Shown here: in pieces, positions 24,550 to 37,122 of the stretch
How positions within the stretch are numbered: position 1 is the first letter of the stretch
Layout: the number at the start of each line of letters is the position of its first letter
DNA from: Candidatus Sumerlaeia bacterium
Lineage (GTDB): Bacteria; Sumerlaeota; Sumerlaeia; SLMS01; JANRJK01
Assembly (NCBI GenBank): GCA_033764015.1
Contig: JANRJK010000036.1
Span: 276,858 to 340,857 of the forward strand
Direction: 5' to 3'
Length of the DNA stretch: 64,000 bases
The notes under the pieces: model-generated
Databases searched by the model: none
What the model was told of the DNA's origin: nothing
The model's input: the letters and a program-made list of their open reading frames with translations, nothing else
Translations under genes and position numbers: made by a program

Positions 24550-26307
24550 ATGAGCGCTGAAGACGGCAACCCCGGCCCGGACACCCCGATCACAGGTCCG
24601 GATAAGCACGACCAGCCGACGATCCGCGAAGCGGCCCGCTCCTCGGGAGCGGTGCGCCGCGTCCAACCGCCTTCCCAAGCGCCGATCCCCATCTGGGGCG
24701 TGAACGCCCCTCCGCCGCTCCCGCCCGCTCCCGCGGCGGGCGCCGCGGACCCGGATCCCAAACTGGCCTGCGCCGGGCACCGGCTCGGGCCGTACATCCT
24801 CGAGCGCGAGCTGGCGCGCGGCGGCATGGGGGCCGTGTACCTCGGCTACGACCCGGCGCTGCGGCGGCACGCCGCGATCAAGACGATGCTCCGCGACGCG
24901 CTGGCGGACGAGGACGCGGCGCGGCGGTTCCAGCGGGAGGCGCGCGCCTGCGCGGCGCTGGCGCACCCGAACATCGCGGCCGTCTACTTCGTGGGCGAAG
25001 AGGAGGACGGCTCTCCGTTCCTCGCGATGGAGTACGTGGACGGCGGCTCGCTGCAGGAGGTGATCCGCACGCGCCGGGCGGTTCCGCATTCGCGGGCGGC
25101 GGAGTGGATGGCGCAGGCGGCGGAGGCGCTGCGTACCGCGCGCAAAATCGGGATCATCCACCGGGACCTGAAGCCCGGCAACCTGATGACGACGCGCGAC
25201 GGCGTCTTGAAGGTCGTGGATTTCGGGCTGGCGAAGGTGATGTTCGACGACACCTACCGCACCGTCGAAGGCATGGTGATGGGGACGCCCAAATACATGC
25301 CGCCGGAGCAGGCGGCGGGGCGCGGCATCGACCACCGGGCGGACATCTACGCGCTCGGCGCGACGTTCTTCCACCTGCTGGCGGGGCGCGCGCCGTTCGA
25401 CGGCGACACGTCGATGCAGGTGATGATGAAGCACGCGACGGCGCCGGTGCCGAGCCTGCGCTCGCTGAAGCCCGACGTGCCGATGGAGTTCGACGCGGTC
25501 ATCCAGCGCTGCCTGCGGAAGGATCCGAACGACCGCTACCAGGAGTACGAGGAGCTGGTTTCGGATCTGCGGGCGGTGCAGTTGCAGGCGCGCTCGCGGG
25601 AGGCGGGTCCGGTGCTCGACGCGGGTGGCGCGGCGTCGCACTCCTTCGCGCCGCCGCGCCCGTCGCACTCGGCCACGCAAATCCCGCTGCCGAGCGAGGT
25701 GCGCTCGATCGGCCCGCGCCCGCAGGAGGCCGCCGAGGAGCAGTCGGCGGAGGAGCCGTCGATGCACTGGGGGTTGAAGGCGGCGCTGGCCTTCGCCGCC
25801 GTCGCCGCGGTGGCGATGGGGGTGTCGCTCGCGTTCCGGCCGGGCGCGGAGAAGTCGGAGCCGGTGGCGGCTCCGGCGGAGCGTTCACCCCTCACGGAGC
25901 TGATCGGGCGCCTCGCGTCGGAGTCGGGATTGAAGCCGGAGGAAGCGGACGGCAGTTCGCCCCGCGCCCAGTACGTGCGCTACCAGGCGTCGCGGGTGAT
26001 CGTCGAGGCGCTGGCTTCCGGGGCGGCCCGGTTCGAGTCGCAGGAGGGGCGCGCGCCGCTGGAAACGGCGGACTTCTCGGGGACGGGCTTTTCGACGCGG
26101 GTGTTCGAGACGAACGCGCGCGGGGCGGCGCTCGACGCATGGGGCAACGAGGTGGTCTTCACGCGCGCGGGGCGCGAGCTCCGCAGCGCGGGATTGAACC
26201 AGCGCTACGGAGACGACGACGACATCGTGTGGCTGGGAGGCTCCGAGCAGCCGCCGGCCTCGGACGGCTACGAGCGCCTCAAGGCGCAGGCGCTCGGCGG
26301 GCGCTGA
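24550..26307 (+). CDS. Serine/threonine protein kinase (Hanks-type), single-pass membrane protein
   Basis: LGRGGMGAVYLGYD (GxGxxG), AAIKTM (VAIK), IIHRDLKPGNLM (HRDLKPxN), VVDFGLAK (DFG), GTPKYMPPE (APE). A TM helix ALAFAAVAAVAMGVSLAF is followed by an extracytoplasmic C-terminal domain. Confidence 0.85.
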   Translation: MSAEDGNPGPDTPITGPDKHDQPTIREAARSSGAVRRVQPPSQAPIPIWGVNAPPPLPPAPAAGAADPDPKLACAGHRLGPYILERELARGGMGAVYLGYDPALRRHAAIKTMLRDALADEDAARRFQREARACAALAHPNIAAVYFVGEEEDGSPFLAMEYVDGGSLQEVIRTRRAVPHSRAAEWMAQAAEALRTARKIGIIHRDLKPGNLMTTRDGVLKVVDFGLAKVMFDDTYRTVEGMVMGTPKYMPPEQAAGRGIDHRADIYALGATFFHLLAGRAPFDGDTSMQVMMKHATAPVPSLRSLKPDVPMEFDAVIQRCLRKDPNDRYQEYEELVSDLRAVQLQARSREAGPVLDAGGAASHSFAPPRPSHSATQIPLPSEVRSIGPRPQEAAEEQSAEEPSMHWGLKAALAFAAVAAVAMGVSLAFRPGAEKSEPVAAPAERSPLTELIGRLASESGLKPEEADGSSPRAQYVRYQASRVIVEALASGAARFESQEGRAPLETADFSGTGFSTRVFETNARGAALDAWGNEVVFTRAGRELRSAGLNQRYGDDDDIVWLGGSEQPPASDGYERLKAQALGGR

Positions 26308-26318
26308 CGCGCCACCCC

Positions 26319-27311
26319 TCAGACCGGGGCGGCCGGTGGCGGCATGTAGCCCCCCGGGCCCGGATCGGCCGGGGCGGGACCGCGCTGGAAGATCTCCCAC
26401 TCGGGACCGAACTGTTCGAGGAACAACACGGTGTAGGTGCGGCGCCACATGTGCAGCGGCAGGATGGCGACCTGCCCCACGACCGGGATGAACGGCAGGC
26501 AGAAGGCCACGCAGCAGGCGAGCACGTACACCATGTGCGTGAGCCAGAACAAGACGCCGATGCAGAACCGCACCGCGAAGTAGCCGATGAAGACGCCGAC
26601 GTTGGAACCCATGAGCCGGAAGGCGATGCCGATGGCGCGGAAGGAGCTGACGCGCCAGCGGTACATCAGCGGGACGACGATGTCGTGGCTGATGGTGTTG
26701 AAGGCGACCGCGAGGAAGCCGAAGCAGCAGCCGGCGGCGACGAGTGGGGTGGAGCTGGTGAATAGGTCCGCAAGCATCGCGAAGACCTGCTGCGGCTCCA
26801 TCTGGCCGCCCTGCTGCTCGACCGATTCCATGATGGCGAGCATCCGTTCCGCGTAGATGAAGCTCACAGGCGCCATCAGCACGAGGCCGACGAAGCCGGC
26901 GGCGAGGTGGAGGAGGAAGAGCGACGTCCCGGGGGCGGAGCCTCGCGCCCAGGCGGAGGAGAGGTCGGTCTCGCCGGTGAGCGTGTACTCGAGGAAGACG
27001 AACTCGCCGACGGCTCCGACCCAGCCCAGGAGCAGGGCGATGACGATTCCGAAGCACATTCCGACGACTGCGCCGATCGCCTGGACGCCCCCTTGGAACA
27101 CCTCCGGCGAGATGTTGACGTTGATCAGGCCGGTGGACAGGACGGCGAGGAAGAGGCCGACGGAGAAGGATATCCAGCGGGAGAGGTCGAACGGGAAGAG
27201 CAGCCGCCCGGTCCATTCCTTCGCCCCGTCGATGGGGTCGGTGGCGGACACCGGGTAGCGGGCGGGGCCGGTGGGTGGCTCGGTCTGGAACTCGGGCCTG
27301 TAGTCGGGCAT
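26319..27311 (-). CDS. Hypothetical polytopic membrane protein
   Basis: Multiple hydrophobic segments and Cys-rich TMs (LACCVAFCLPFIPVV). It lies immediately downstream of the 854-aa gene on the same strand. Confidence 0.5.
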   Translation of the reverse strand: MPDYRPEFQTEPPTGPARYPVSATDPIDGAKEWTGRLLFPFDLSRWISFSVGLFLAVLSTGLINVNISPEVFQGGVQAIGAVVGMCFGIVIALLLGWVGAVGEFVFLEYTLTGETDLSSAWARGSAPGTSLFLLHLAAGFVGLVLMAPVSFIYAERMLAIMESVEQQGGQMEPQQVFAMLADLFTSSTPLVAAGCCFGFLAVAFNTISHDIVVPLMYRWRVSSFRAIGIAFRLMGSNVGVFIGYFAVRFCIGVLFWLTHMVYVLACCVAFCLPFIPVVGQVAILPLHMWRRTYTVLFLEQFGPEWEIFQRGPAPADPGPGGYMPPPAAPV

Positions 27312-27341
27312 CGCGGTCGCCTTGCGGTAGGGGTGCGGGGC

Positions 27342-29906
27342 TCAGTCGCCCGCCCGGACGACGACCACCTCGCCGGAACGCGTGGCCGCGGCGGCGGTGA
27401 GCGAGTAGGCGCGTCCATCGGGCAGCTCGACCAAGACTTGCACGGGCGCATTGATTGGCAAGGCGAAGTGGCCGAACCAGCCCGCTTCGTCGGATTGGTG
27501 GCCCGCGTCGGTGTGGTGGTCGCAGGCGCGGACGGCGGCGGTGTCGGCCGGGTCCAGGGGGATCAGGCGCAGGCGCGCGCCTTCGATCGGGGCTCCGCTG
27601 GCCGTGAGCGCCGCGATGCCCAGATAGCCCGCGGACGGGACGACGACGGGCGCCAGCTCCTGCACGCCCTCCTCGATGTCGAATCGCAGGCGCTGCGGCG
27701 CGCGGTCCGCCGCGGCGGTCGGCACCATGTCCACCGCGAACGAGCCCGGGACGAGGTCGCGCAGTTCGATCCAGCCGTCGGCGTCGGTGGTGGCGCCGAA
27801 CAGCGGGTAGTGGGCGCCATCGAGGTACGCGCGCTGGAAGTAGGCGCCGGGCATCGGCGCGCCGGTCGGGCCGTCGATGACGCGCAGGCGGACGGTGGAG
27901 CGGGAGGGCTGGAGCGGCGCGAGCAGGCGCAGCGGGCGCTCCGCCTCGAGCCGGGCGGTGAGGCGCTGGCGGGCGAAGCCCGGGGCGGCGACGACCACCT
28001 CGTACTCGCCCGGGACGAGGCGCTCGATGAGGAGCAGGCCGTCCTCGCGCGGTTCGGAGAAGGGCGGGACGATCGTCTCGCGCGAGAAGGGGGACATGCC
28101 GGTGGCCATGGCGTAGGCGGCGGCGTGCGGGACGACGCGCCCCTGGGGGTCGCGGACCTCGATGGCGAGGTCCGCGCGCCGAAATTCGTAGTCGAAGCGC
28201 GAAGTCGATCCGTCCGCCGAGGGCCCCGCGACGCCGAGCCAGCGGTTCCGGTCGAAGACGTCGTAACGCGCGGCGGGGAGCTGGGTGTCGAACGCTCCTT
28301 GGGTGTCGGGCTGGAGAAGGATGCGGCGCGAGCGGCGGTCTCGGTGCCAGAGGGTGGTCTCGGCGTCGGCGGAGGTCTCGGCGTCGCCGAGGAACCGCCC
28401 GGCCAGCCGCATCGCCTCGGGGATCCGGAGCAGGAGGGGCGAGTCGGAGGGTGGTGGCCCGGGGAGGAAGAGTTCCACGGCCGGGTAGGCGGTGGCGCCT
28501 GCTTCGCGGGCGGTGAGGCGCAAGGGCCCGGGGGCGACCTCGAAACGGAAGGCGCGGTCCGGACCGAGCGCGAAGGTGCGCCGCATGGGGCCGAGGCGCT
28601 CGGCGGAACGCGCCGAGACGAGGAGCCCGCCGGAGGGGGCCGGCGGAGGGGAAACGGTGCCGGCGATCTCGACCGGGAGCGCGGCGGCGAGCGTCGCCGA
28701 GGTGTCGCCGTCGACGGTCACCAGTGTCGGCGGGAGTTGCACCTCGCCGATGGTGGGCTGTGCCCAGTAGCGCCCCGGGGACACGCGGGCGGTGCGGAAC
28801 CACCCGTCGCCGATGCGGCCCATTGCGAGGAGGGATTGCTGGAACGCGCCCTCTGGCGCCTGCGCCAGCCGCAGGCCGGGATCGGAGGAGAGGGGGCCGA
28901 TCTCGATGTCGGGCGTCAGCGTGACCGAATAGGGGACATCGATCACCGCTCCCCCGGGGTCCATGAGCCGGACATCGAGCCGATGGCCCTCGGGGACTTC
29001 GAGGCGGCCAAGATCGAGTTCCTCCCCGGGCTTCACTTCGATCTGAAGGACGAGGACACCCCAGCCGATGGCGCGGGCTTCGATCCGCCACACCCCCGGA
29101 GGAAGCTTGTCGAGGCGGTAGGCGGCCTCCGTGCGCTGCGTGCGGAGGGTGGCGCGGGAGCCGCGCCGCCGCGGCGAATCCGGCATGCGGGCGCGCTCGA
29201 ACGGTTCGCCGGGGCGGGACGCGAGGACGACCCAGTCGCCGAGCGGCTCGCCGTCGGTCCGCGCGATTGTCCCCGTGACGGCGCCGTTGGCGACGACGGG
29301 GATGGCGACTTCGCCCTGGGCTGGAGAAGGGATTTCGACAAAGTCGCCGGGGATCGAGTAGCCACCGCGTCGGAGTCGAAGGCGAACCGCCCGCCCCGGG
29401 GGGAGGGCGTCGAACCGGAAGCGCCCGTCGGGCGAGGCGCGGACCGCGAGCGGAGGCTTGGAGTGGCCGGGTTCGAGCCCGACCGTTTCGTGCGTGACCA
29501 CCACGGAGGTCGTGGGGGCGGAGCCGTCGGGAAGGACGAGGCGGCCTTCGAGGGTCCAAAGCGCGGAAGGGTCCTTGGCGGTCGCGGGATAGAAGGCCGC
29601 CCACTCGGCGGCGGACCGGGAGCCCCATCGGTGGAGGGTCTCGCCGGCGCGCTCGGGATAGGGCGGCGGTCCGCCGGCGGGTGGCGCGTCCCAAGTGGCC
29701 GGACGGCGCAGGAGCATCGCCGCCGCGGCGGCGATGGCGGCGAGGGCCGCGAGGATGGCGAGGGCGCGCTTCACGGGGGCATGATGGCAGGCGGCGGGCC
29801 GTGCGTGAGCAAAATCGGCGGCCGGGTCGAAAAAGCCTCGCCCCAGCTTTCCGGCCACCTTGCGATTGGCGTCGGCGGCGAAGGCGCTACTGGGCCGCGC
29901 CGCCAC
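27342..29906 (-). CDS. Large secreted/anchored protein with repeated carboxypeptidase-regulatory-like (transthyretin-fold) segments
   Basis: Signal anchor [20 protein letters not shown]. Several repeats of the type 'G.V.LP.G.Y...A.GF......V.V..G' are present ([48 protein letters not shown]). The true start is probably internal; the N-terminus of the track ORF overlaps the metK upstream region. Confidence 0.45.
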   Translation of the reverse strand: MAARPSSAFAADANRKVAGKLGRGFFDPAADFAHARPAACHHAPVKRALAILAALAAIAAAAAMLLRRPATWDAPPAGGPPPYPERAGETLHRWGSRSAAEWAAFYPATAKDPSALWTLEGRLVLPDGSAPTTSVVVTHETVGLEPGHSKPPLAVRASPDGRFRFDALPPGRAVRLRLRRGGYSIPGDFVEIPSPAQGEVAIPVVANGAVTGTIARTDGEPLGDWVVLASRPGEPFERARMPDSPRRRGSRATLRTQRTEAAYRLDKLPPGVWRIEARAIGWGVLVLQIEVKPGEELDLGRLEVPEGHRLDVRLMDPGGAVIDVPYSVTLTPDIEIGPLSSDPGLRLAQAPEGAFQQSLLAMGRIGDGWFRTARVSPGRYWAQPTIGEVQLPPTLVTVDGDTSATLAAALPVEIAGTVSPPPAPSGGLLVSARSAERLGPMRRTFALGPDRAFRFEVAPGPLRLTAREAGATAYPAVELFLPGPPPSDSPLLLRIPEAMRLAGRFLGDAETSADAETTLWHRDRRSRRILLQPDTQGAFDTQLPAARYDVFDRNRWLGVAGPSADGSTSRFDYEFRRADLAIEVRDPQGRVVPHAAAYAMATGMSPFSRETIVPPFSEPREDGLLLIERLVPGEYEVVVAAPGFARQRLTARLEAERPLRLLAPLQPSRSTVRLRVIDGPTGAPMPGAYFQRAYLDGAHYPLFGATTDADGWIELRDLVPGSFAVDMVPTAAADRAPQRLRFDIEEGVQELAPVVVPSAGYLGIAALTASGAPIEGARLRLIPLDPADTAAVRACDHHTDAGHQSDEAGWFGHFALPINAPVQVLVELPDGRAYSLTAAAATRSGEVVVVRAGD

Positions 29907-29968
29907 CAGCAGGCGTTCAGGATATCGAACCGCCCTCCAACGCGGAAGAACAGGAACCCAACCGAAAC

Positions 29969-32513
<2,545 letters not shown>

Positions 32514-32547
32514 TCCGGTCCACTCCGCCAAGACCAGCGATGTGAAC

Positions 32548-32586
32548 GGGACGCGGGCCCCCCAGTGGCCCGCGTCCTCTATTTCA
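32548..32586 (+). terminator. Rho-independent terminator downstream of ahcY
   Basis: GGGACGCGGGCC-ccccagt-GGCCCGCGTCC forms a perfect 11-bp GC-rich stem, followed by TCTATTTCAGG. Confidence 0.45.
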
Positions 32587-32604
32587 GGCAGGATGCGGCG
32601 AGCG

Positions 32605-33315
32605 ATGACGAGTCCGGCGGACATGCGCGCGGTGGTGCTGGCGGGGGGCAAGGGCACCCGCCTGCGCCCGTACACAACAGTGCTCCCGAAGCCGCTGATG
32701 CCGATCGGCGACAGGCCGATCCTCGCGATCGTGCTGGAGCGGCTCGCGGAGGCGGGCTTCCGAAAGGTCACGCTGAGCGTCGGCCACCTGGCCGAGATCA
32801 TCATGGCGTTCTGCGGCGGCGGCGCGCGCTGGGGGCTCGAGATCGACTACGCGCACGAGGACGAGCCGCTCGGCACGATCGGGCCGCTGCGCATCATCCG
32901 CGACCTCGGACCGCGCTTCCTGGTGATGAACGGCGATGTGCTGACGGACCTGGACCTCGGCGACCTGGTGGCCTTCCACGCGGCGTCCGGCGCGGAGGCC
33001 ACGGTGGCCACGCACCACCGCGTGCTCGGCATCGACTTCGGCGTGCTCGGGCTCGACGCGTCGGGGACGCGGATCGCGGCGTTCACGGAGAAGCCCCGCA
33101 TTGAGCACGACGTGTCGATGGGCGTCTACGTGCTGGACGGGACGGTGCTGCGGTTCGTTCCCGAGGGGCGTGCGTTCGGCTTCGACGGGCTGATGGCGGC
33201 GATGCTGGCGGAGGGCGCGCCGGTGGCGGCGTTCCGGCACCGGGGCGCGTGGCTGGACATCGGGCGCCCGGACGACTACGAGCGGGCGCAGGAGCTTTTC
33301 GGGCAGGCGCCCTGA
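32605..33315 (+). CDS. Sugar-phosphate nucleotidyltransferase (NTP_transferase fold)
   Basis: MRAVVLAGGKGTRLRPYTTVLPKPLMPIGDRPIL matches the G-x-G-T-R-x-x-P nucleotidyltransferase motif. The start is chosen downstream of the terminator hairpin (MTSPADMRAVV); the 32542 start of the track ORF would include the hairpin. Confidence 0.75.
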   Translation: MTSPADMRAVVLAGGKGTRLRPYTTVLPKPLMPIGDRPILAIVLERLAEAGFRKVTLSVGHLAEIIMAFCGGGARWGLEIDYAHEDEPLGTIGPLRIIRDLGPRFLVMNGDVLTDLDLGDLVAFHAASGAEATVATHHRVLGIDFGVLGLDASGTRIAAFTEKPRIEHDVSMGVYVLDGTVLRFVPEGRAFGFDGLMAAMLAEGAPVAAFRHRGAWLDIGRPDDYERAQELFGQAP

Positions 33316-33331
33316 GGGCGGGCCGCGCCCC

Positions 33332-35173
33332 TTACATCAACAGCAGGAACTCGCGCGTGAGGCCGTTCTCGTCGTAGTTCTCCGCGGCGACCAGCACACC
33401 CGCGGAGCGCAGCAGCCCGGTGACGAACGGCAGCATCTCGGCGGATTCCCCTTCGAGCGTGCCGGGCAGCATCCCGACCACGTCGTCGACGAGCTTGCCG
33501 AAGGCGGCGAGGGACATCGTGGAGCTGGAGTTGCGTGTGGGCGATAGGAGCCGGTTGGCGCGTTGGCCCGGGTCGCTGGTGGCCTGGCTGGCGACGCGCC
33601 CGGCGGCCGCGTCGAGGGCGGTCTTGATGCTTGCCGACTTAAGCGCGACGATCATGCGCCCGTCAGTGGTGATGGTGTAGGCGGGCGAAAAGCCGGCGGT
33701 CTTGAGGAAGTCGCCCACCGGGCCGAACTGGTTGCTGTCGAGCACGCGGAGCGTCTCGGCGCCGTGGGCCTCGTCGCGGAAGAAGTTGCTGGTGGCCATG
33801 ACCATCTGGGTGGAGCCCTCGGACATGCCGGCCGCCATGCCGGAGAGCTGGCTGCCGATCAGCTCTTCGACCTTCACCATCGTCTCGCGCATCTTGGCCT
33901 CGTCGGCGAGCGTGGCCGCGATCAACGCGTCGCCGGTGACCGGCGGCATCGCGCCGGGGGAGGTCTTGATCTCGGTGAGGGCCAGCGAAACGTCGCTCCC
34001 GATGTTGGCGAGGAAGTCGTCCTGGACGCTGAAGCCACCGGTGCGGCTGATGTTGCCGATGCTGGCGCGGGTTTGGGCGGCCTGCGGCGCGGTGGCGGTG
34101 TTCTCCTCGAGTGCGGCCAGCATGAGGTCGAGCATCGCCGTGCCGTTGAAGTTGTTGATCGACGTGGCGACGAGCGAGTCCGCAGGCAGGTAGGCGGCGG
34201 TTGCGAAGCCGCGCGCGCTGGGTTGCGTGAGCGCCTGCATGCCGCGCTCCGTGGAGGTGAGCACCTCGGTCGGAGTGAACTGGGTGAACTTCACGTGGTC
34301 GCTCTGGAAGTCGCCGATGAATGCGAAGTCTCGTTCGACGAACGCGCGGCCCTGCGTCAGCTCCTGCGCGGGAAGCTGGGCGATTTCCGTGGCGGCCTGC
34401 AGGATCGAGCGTCCGTCGCCGAACACCCACATCTGGTGCGGGAGCGCGTCGAGCGACGCGAAGGAGCGGCGGAACGCCTGCGACTGGACCGTGGTGGCGC
34501 CGCCGCGCCCGTCGAGCGCGGCATAGACGGAGGATTGCGTGTTGCCGACGACGAGGACGGAGGGGAGCGCGGCGACGTGGAGTTCGAACCCGCGGAAGCT
34601 CCAGACTTCGACGCCTTCCAGCGCGGTGCGGCTGAGGATCGTCGAGGTGTCGCCGACGGTTTCGCCTTCGGCGCCGCGGACTTCGTTCTTCAAGTGGTCG
34701 AGGATCCGCCCGGGGGCCTGCGGGTTGTGGAAGGCGAGCACCGCGACGACGGGGGCGCGGAGGCCCCCGGGCTGCTGCACCGGCGGAAGCAGGTAGACGT
34801 CGAAGCCGCGGATCCCCTCCTCGGAGAAGAGCCGGTCCGGGAGGAGCGGCAGGCCGATGGCCTCCTCGATCTTGGGCATTTCGCGCTTGAAGATGAGGGC
34901 GTTCGCGGAGCCTCCCGCCATGCCTTCGTAGGCGCGCTGCTCGAGGGCCTTCCAGAGCGGCGTGCGGGAGAGGCCGGCCCACATGCCCTTGGCGTCGGGG
35001 ACGGAGACGATGGCGAGGGTCCCCTCGGGGGTGCGCCCCGGGACCGCGAGGTCCGCGGCGGCGCCTGCGCACGGAAGCGCGAGGGCCGCGGCGGCCGCGA
35101 GTGCGCGAAGCGCGCGGGTCGGCGCCTTGCCGGTCTCGATGCGCGCGCGGGTCGGTGCGATGCGGGTGCCCAT
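33332..35173 (-). CDS. Hypothetical secreted protein (613 aa), possibly DUF3352-like
   Basis: Signal peptide ...ALAAAAALALPCAGAAADLA. Normal composition. It is convergent with the nucleotidyltransferase gene. The DUF3352 attribution rests only on size and secreted character. Confidence 0.45.
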   Translation of the reverse strand: MGTRIAPTRARIETGKAPTRALRALAAAAALALPCAGAAADLAVPGRTPEGTLAIVSVPDAKGMWAGLSRTPLWKALEQRAYEGMAGGSANALIFKREMPKIEEAIGLPLLPDRLFSEEGIRGFDVYLLPPVQQPGGLRAPVVAVLAFHNPQAPGRILDHLKNEVRGAEGETVGDTSTILSRTALEGVEVWSFRGFELHVAALPSVLVVGNTQSSVYAALDGRGGATTVQSQAFRRSFASLDALPHQMWVFGDGRSILQAATEIAQLPAQELTQGRAFVERDFAFIGDFQSDHVKFTQFTPTEVLTSTERGMQALTQPSARGFATAAYLPADSLVATSINNFNGTAMLDLMLAALEENTATAPQAAQTRASIGNISRTGGFSVQDDFLANIGSDVSLALTEIKTSPGAMPPVTGDALIAATLADEAKMRETMVKVEELIGSQLSGMAAGMSEGSTQMVMATSNFFRDEAHGAETLRVLDSNQFGPVGDFLKTAGFSPAYTITTDGRMIVALKSASIKTALDAAAGRVASQATSDPGQRANRLLSPTRNSSSTMSLAAFGKLVDDVVGMLPGTLEGESAEMLPFVTGLLRSAGVLVAAENYDENGLTREFLLLM

Positions 35174-35212
35174 GTCTTCGGAGCCTTTCCTTCGGTGGCG
35201 GGGTGTCTGCGG

Positions 35213-35803
35213 TCAGCCTGCGTCGGGTAGGGGGAACTTGACAACGAGGTAAATGAGCGCCTCGCGCTTTCCGCGTCCCTTGATGACGTGGCGGACGTCG
35301 GCGCGGTAGCGGACCGTCTCGAGGGTCTTGACGTGGCGCGGCGGCTCGTTGCCGAGCAGCACCTCGACCTCGCCGCGGACGACCGTCAGGGTTTCGAAGG
35401 TGCCGGCGTTGTGCGGCTTCGAGTCCATGTTCCCGTTGGGCGCCATGCGCACCAGGTACATCTCGACGTGCTCGGCCATGTCGATGGTGGAGAGGATCTG
35501 GATCCGGTAGCCGTTCTTCTTGGAGGCGAGGGTGGGGCAGTTCTCCTCGGTGAGGTGGGCGATGGAGAGCTCCTCGCGCGCGGGCTCGCCCTCGAGGAGA
35601 TCCTGCAGGCGGATGCCCAGGCCGGTGGCGAGCTTCCACACGACCGCGAGGGTCGGGTTCACCTGGCCGTTCTCGATCTGGCTGATCATGCCCTTGGAGA
35701 CGCCGGAGACGTTGGCGAGCTCCTGCAGGGAGAGCTTCTTCTCGGCGCGCCGCTGCGCGAGGAGTTCGCCGATCAGCGGCGGGGCCGGGGTGCCGTTCGA
35801 CAT
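35213..35803 (-). CDS. XRE-family HTH transcriptional regulator with a C-terminal cupin domain
   Basis: LSLQELANVSGVSKGMISQIENGQVNPTLAVVWKLATGLG is an HTH_3 (XRE) motif. The C-terminal ...EMYLVRMAPNGNMDSKPHNAGTFETLTVVRGEVEVL is cupin-like. A GGAGG RBS lies 9 nt upstream of the MSNGTP start. Confidence 0.8.
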   Translation of the reverse strand: MSNGTPAPPLIGELLAQRRAEKKLSLQELANVSGVSKGMISQIENGQVNPTLAVVWKLATGLGIRLQDLLEGEPAREELSIAHLTEENCPTLASKKNGYRIQILSTIDMAEHVEMYLVRMAPNGNMDSKPHNAGTFETLTVVRGEVEVLLGNEPPRHVKTLETVRYRADVRHVIKGRGKREALIYLVVKFPLPDAG

Positions 35804-35820
35804 GCGCGTGACCTCCAAGA

Positions 35821-35842
35821 GGCCGCCGTCGACGCGGCGGCG
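35821..35842 (+). promoter_or_regulatory. GC-rich inverted repeat immediately upstream of the XRE-cupin regulator RBS
   Basis: GCCGCCG-tcgacg-CGGCGGC: a 7-bp perfect stem around a loop containing GTCGAC. It abuts the regulator's GGAGG RBS on the minus strand and lies about 75 nt downstream of the chrA stop. Confidence 0.25.
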
Positions 35843-35914
35843 CGAATGCCCATCACAACTCGACTTTGGAAAGAACCCCGGCGCCGCACGGGGGCAAGGC
35901 GCAAGCGCGAGCCG

Positions 35915-37102
35915 CTAGGTCCGGAATTGGCCGATCAGCGCGAAGGCGACGACAACCGCCCAGGAGGGCGTCCGGAAGCGCCCGAGGAGGACTGCGCCGC
36001 CAATCGCCAGCAGCGGGTCGATGGCGGACCGCAGGCCGGCCTGCGCCACGGGGCCCAGCAGCGCGGCGAGCAGCACGCCGACGACCGCCGCGTTGGCGCC
36101 GGCCAGCGCGCCTTGCGCGCCGGGCCGGGCGCGCAGGCGTTCCCAGCGCGGCCAAACCCCGGCGACCAGAAGCCAGCCCGGAAGCATGAGCGCTAGCAGG
36201 GTGGCCGTCCCGAGGGCCTGCGGGGCGGGGGAGTCCATCGCCGCGCCCAGGAAGGCGGCGAAGCTGAAGAGCGGGCCCGGGAGCGCCTGCGCCGCGCCGT
36301 ACCCGGCGAGGAACGCGTCGCGCGGCACCCATCCGGGGCCGACGATCTCCGATTCAAGCAGGGGCAGCACCACATGGCCGCCGCCGAACACCATCGCCCC
36401 CGCCCGGTAGAAAGCGGCGAGCCGCCCGGCCCACTCCCCCGCCGACGGGCCGGCGAAGGACAGCAGCAGCAGCGCGCCGAAAAGCGCCAGCCACGCCAGA
36501 GACCCGGGTGGGGATCCCGAATGGCTCGGGGCCTCCGCCCGAATCCCCCCCGCGAGCCAGCGCCGACCCGCGAGGGCGCCCACGGCGATCACCGCCATCT
36601 GGGCGAAAGGCGAAGCGACCAGCCCGAGGACCGCGGCGGTCGCCAACGCGATGGCGGCGCGCGGCAGGTCCGGCGCGAGTTTGCGCGCCATCGCCCACAC
36701 GGCCTGGGCCACCACGGCGACGGCGGCCAGCTTGAGCCCCGAGACCCAGCCCGCGGCGCCGGGCGAGCCGAGCCTGTCGAACAGCCCGGCGAACAGCAGC
36801 ATCAAGGCGGCGGAGGGCGCCAGGAACCCGGCGGAGGCGGCGATCGCGCCGGGCCATCCGCGCTTGCGGAGGCCGATGCCGAAGACGACCTGGCTGCTGG
36901 CGGGGCCGGGGAGGAACTGGCAGAGCGCGACGAGGTCGGCGTACTCCCCCTCGCCGAGCCACCGCCGGCGGACGACGAACTCCTCGCGCAGGTAGGCCAG
37001 GTGCGCGACGGGCCCGCCGAAGCTGGTGCAACCCAACCTCAGGAACACGCCAACGAGCGCGGTCAGTGCCGGTGCGGGGCGCCCCGTCGCGGCGGGTTCC
37101 AT
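35915..37102 (-). CDS. chrA: Chromate transporter (ChrA family)
   Basis: Trimmed from the 982-aa artefactual ORF to MEPAATGRPAPALTALVGVFLRLGCTSFGGPVAHLAYLREEFV... This carries the CHR signature 'GxxxFGGG' twice (TSFGGPVA, MVFGGGHVVLPLL). Confidence 0.85.
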   Translation of the reverse strand: MEPAATGRPAPALTALVGVFLRLGCTSFGGPVAHLAYLREEFVVRRRWLGEGEYADLVALCQFLPGPASSQVVFGIGLRKRGWPGAIAASAGFLAPSAALMLLFAGLFDRLGSPGAAGWVSGLKLAAVAVVAQAVWAMARKLAPDLPRAAIALATAAVLGLVASPFAQMAVIAVGALAGRRWLAGGIRAEAPSHSGSPPGSLAWLALFGALLLLSFAGPSAGEWAGRLAAFYRAGAMVFGGGHVVLPLLESEIVGPGWVPRDAFLAGYGAAQALPGPLFSFAAFLGAAMDSPAPQALGTATLLALMLPGWLLVAGVWPRWERLRARPGAQGALAGANAAVVGVLLAALLGPVAQAGLRSAIDPLLAIGGAVLLGRFRTPSWAVVVAFALIGQFRT

Positions 37103-37122
37103 GCGGGGCGCGCGCGGGACTG

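Noticed and set aside
25885-29694. 1269-aa minus-strand ORF and the overlapping 1054-aa plus-strand ORF (26907..30071)
   Set aside because: Extreme Arg/Pro/Gly composition with no motifs. They overlap the membrane protein and transthyretin-repeat genes in other frames.
33563-35639. 555-aa plus-strand and 658-aa minus-strand ORFs over the DUF3352-like and XRE-cupin genes
   Set aside because: Arg/Gly/Pro-rich shadow frames. The XRE HTH and the secreted-protein frame are the coherent readings.
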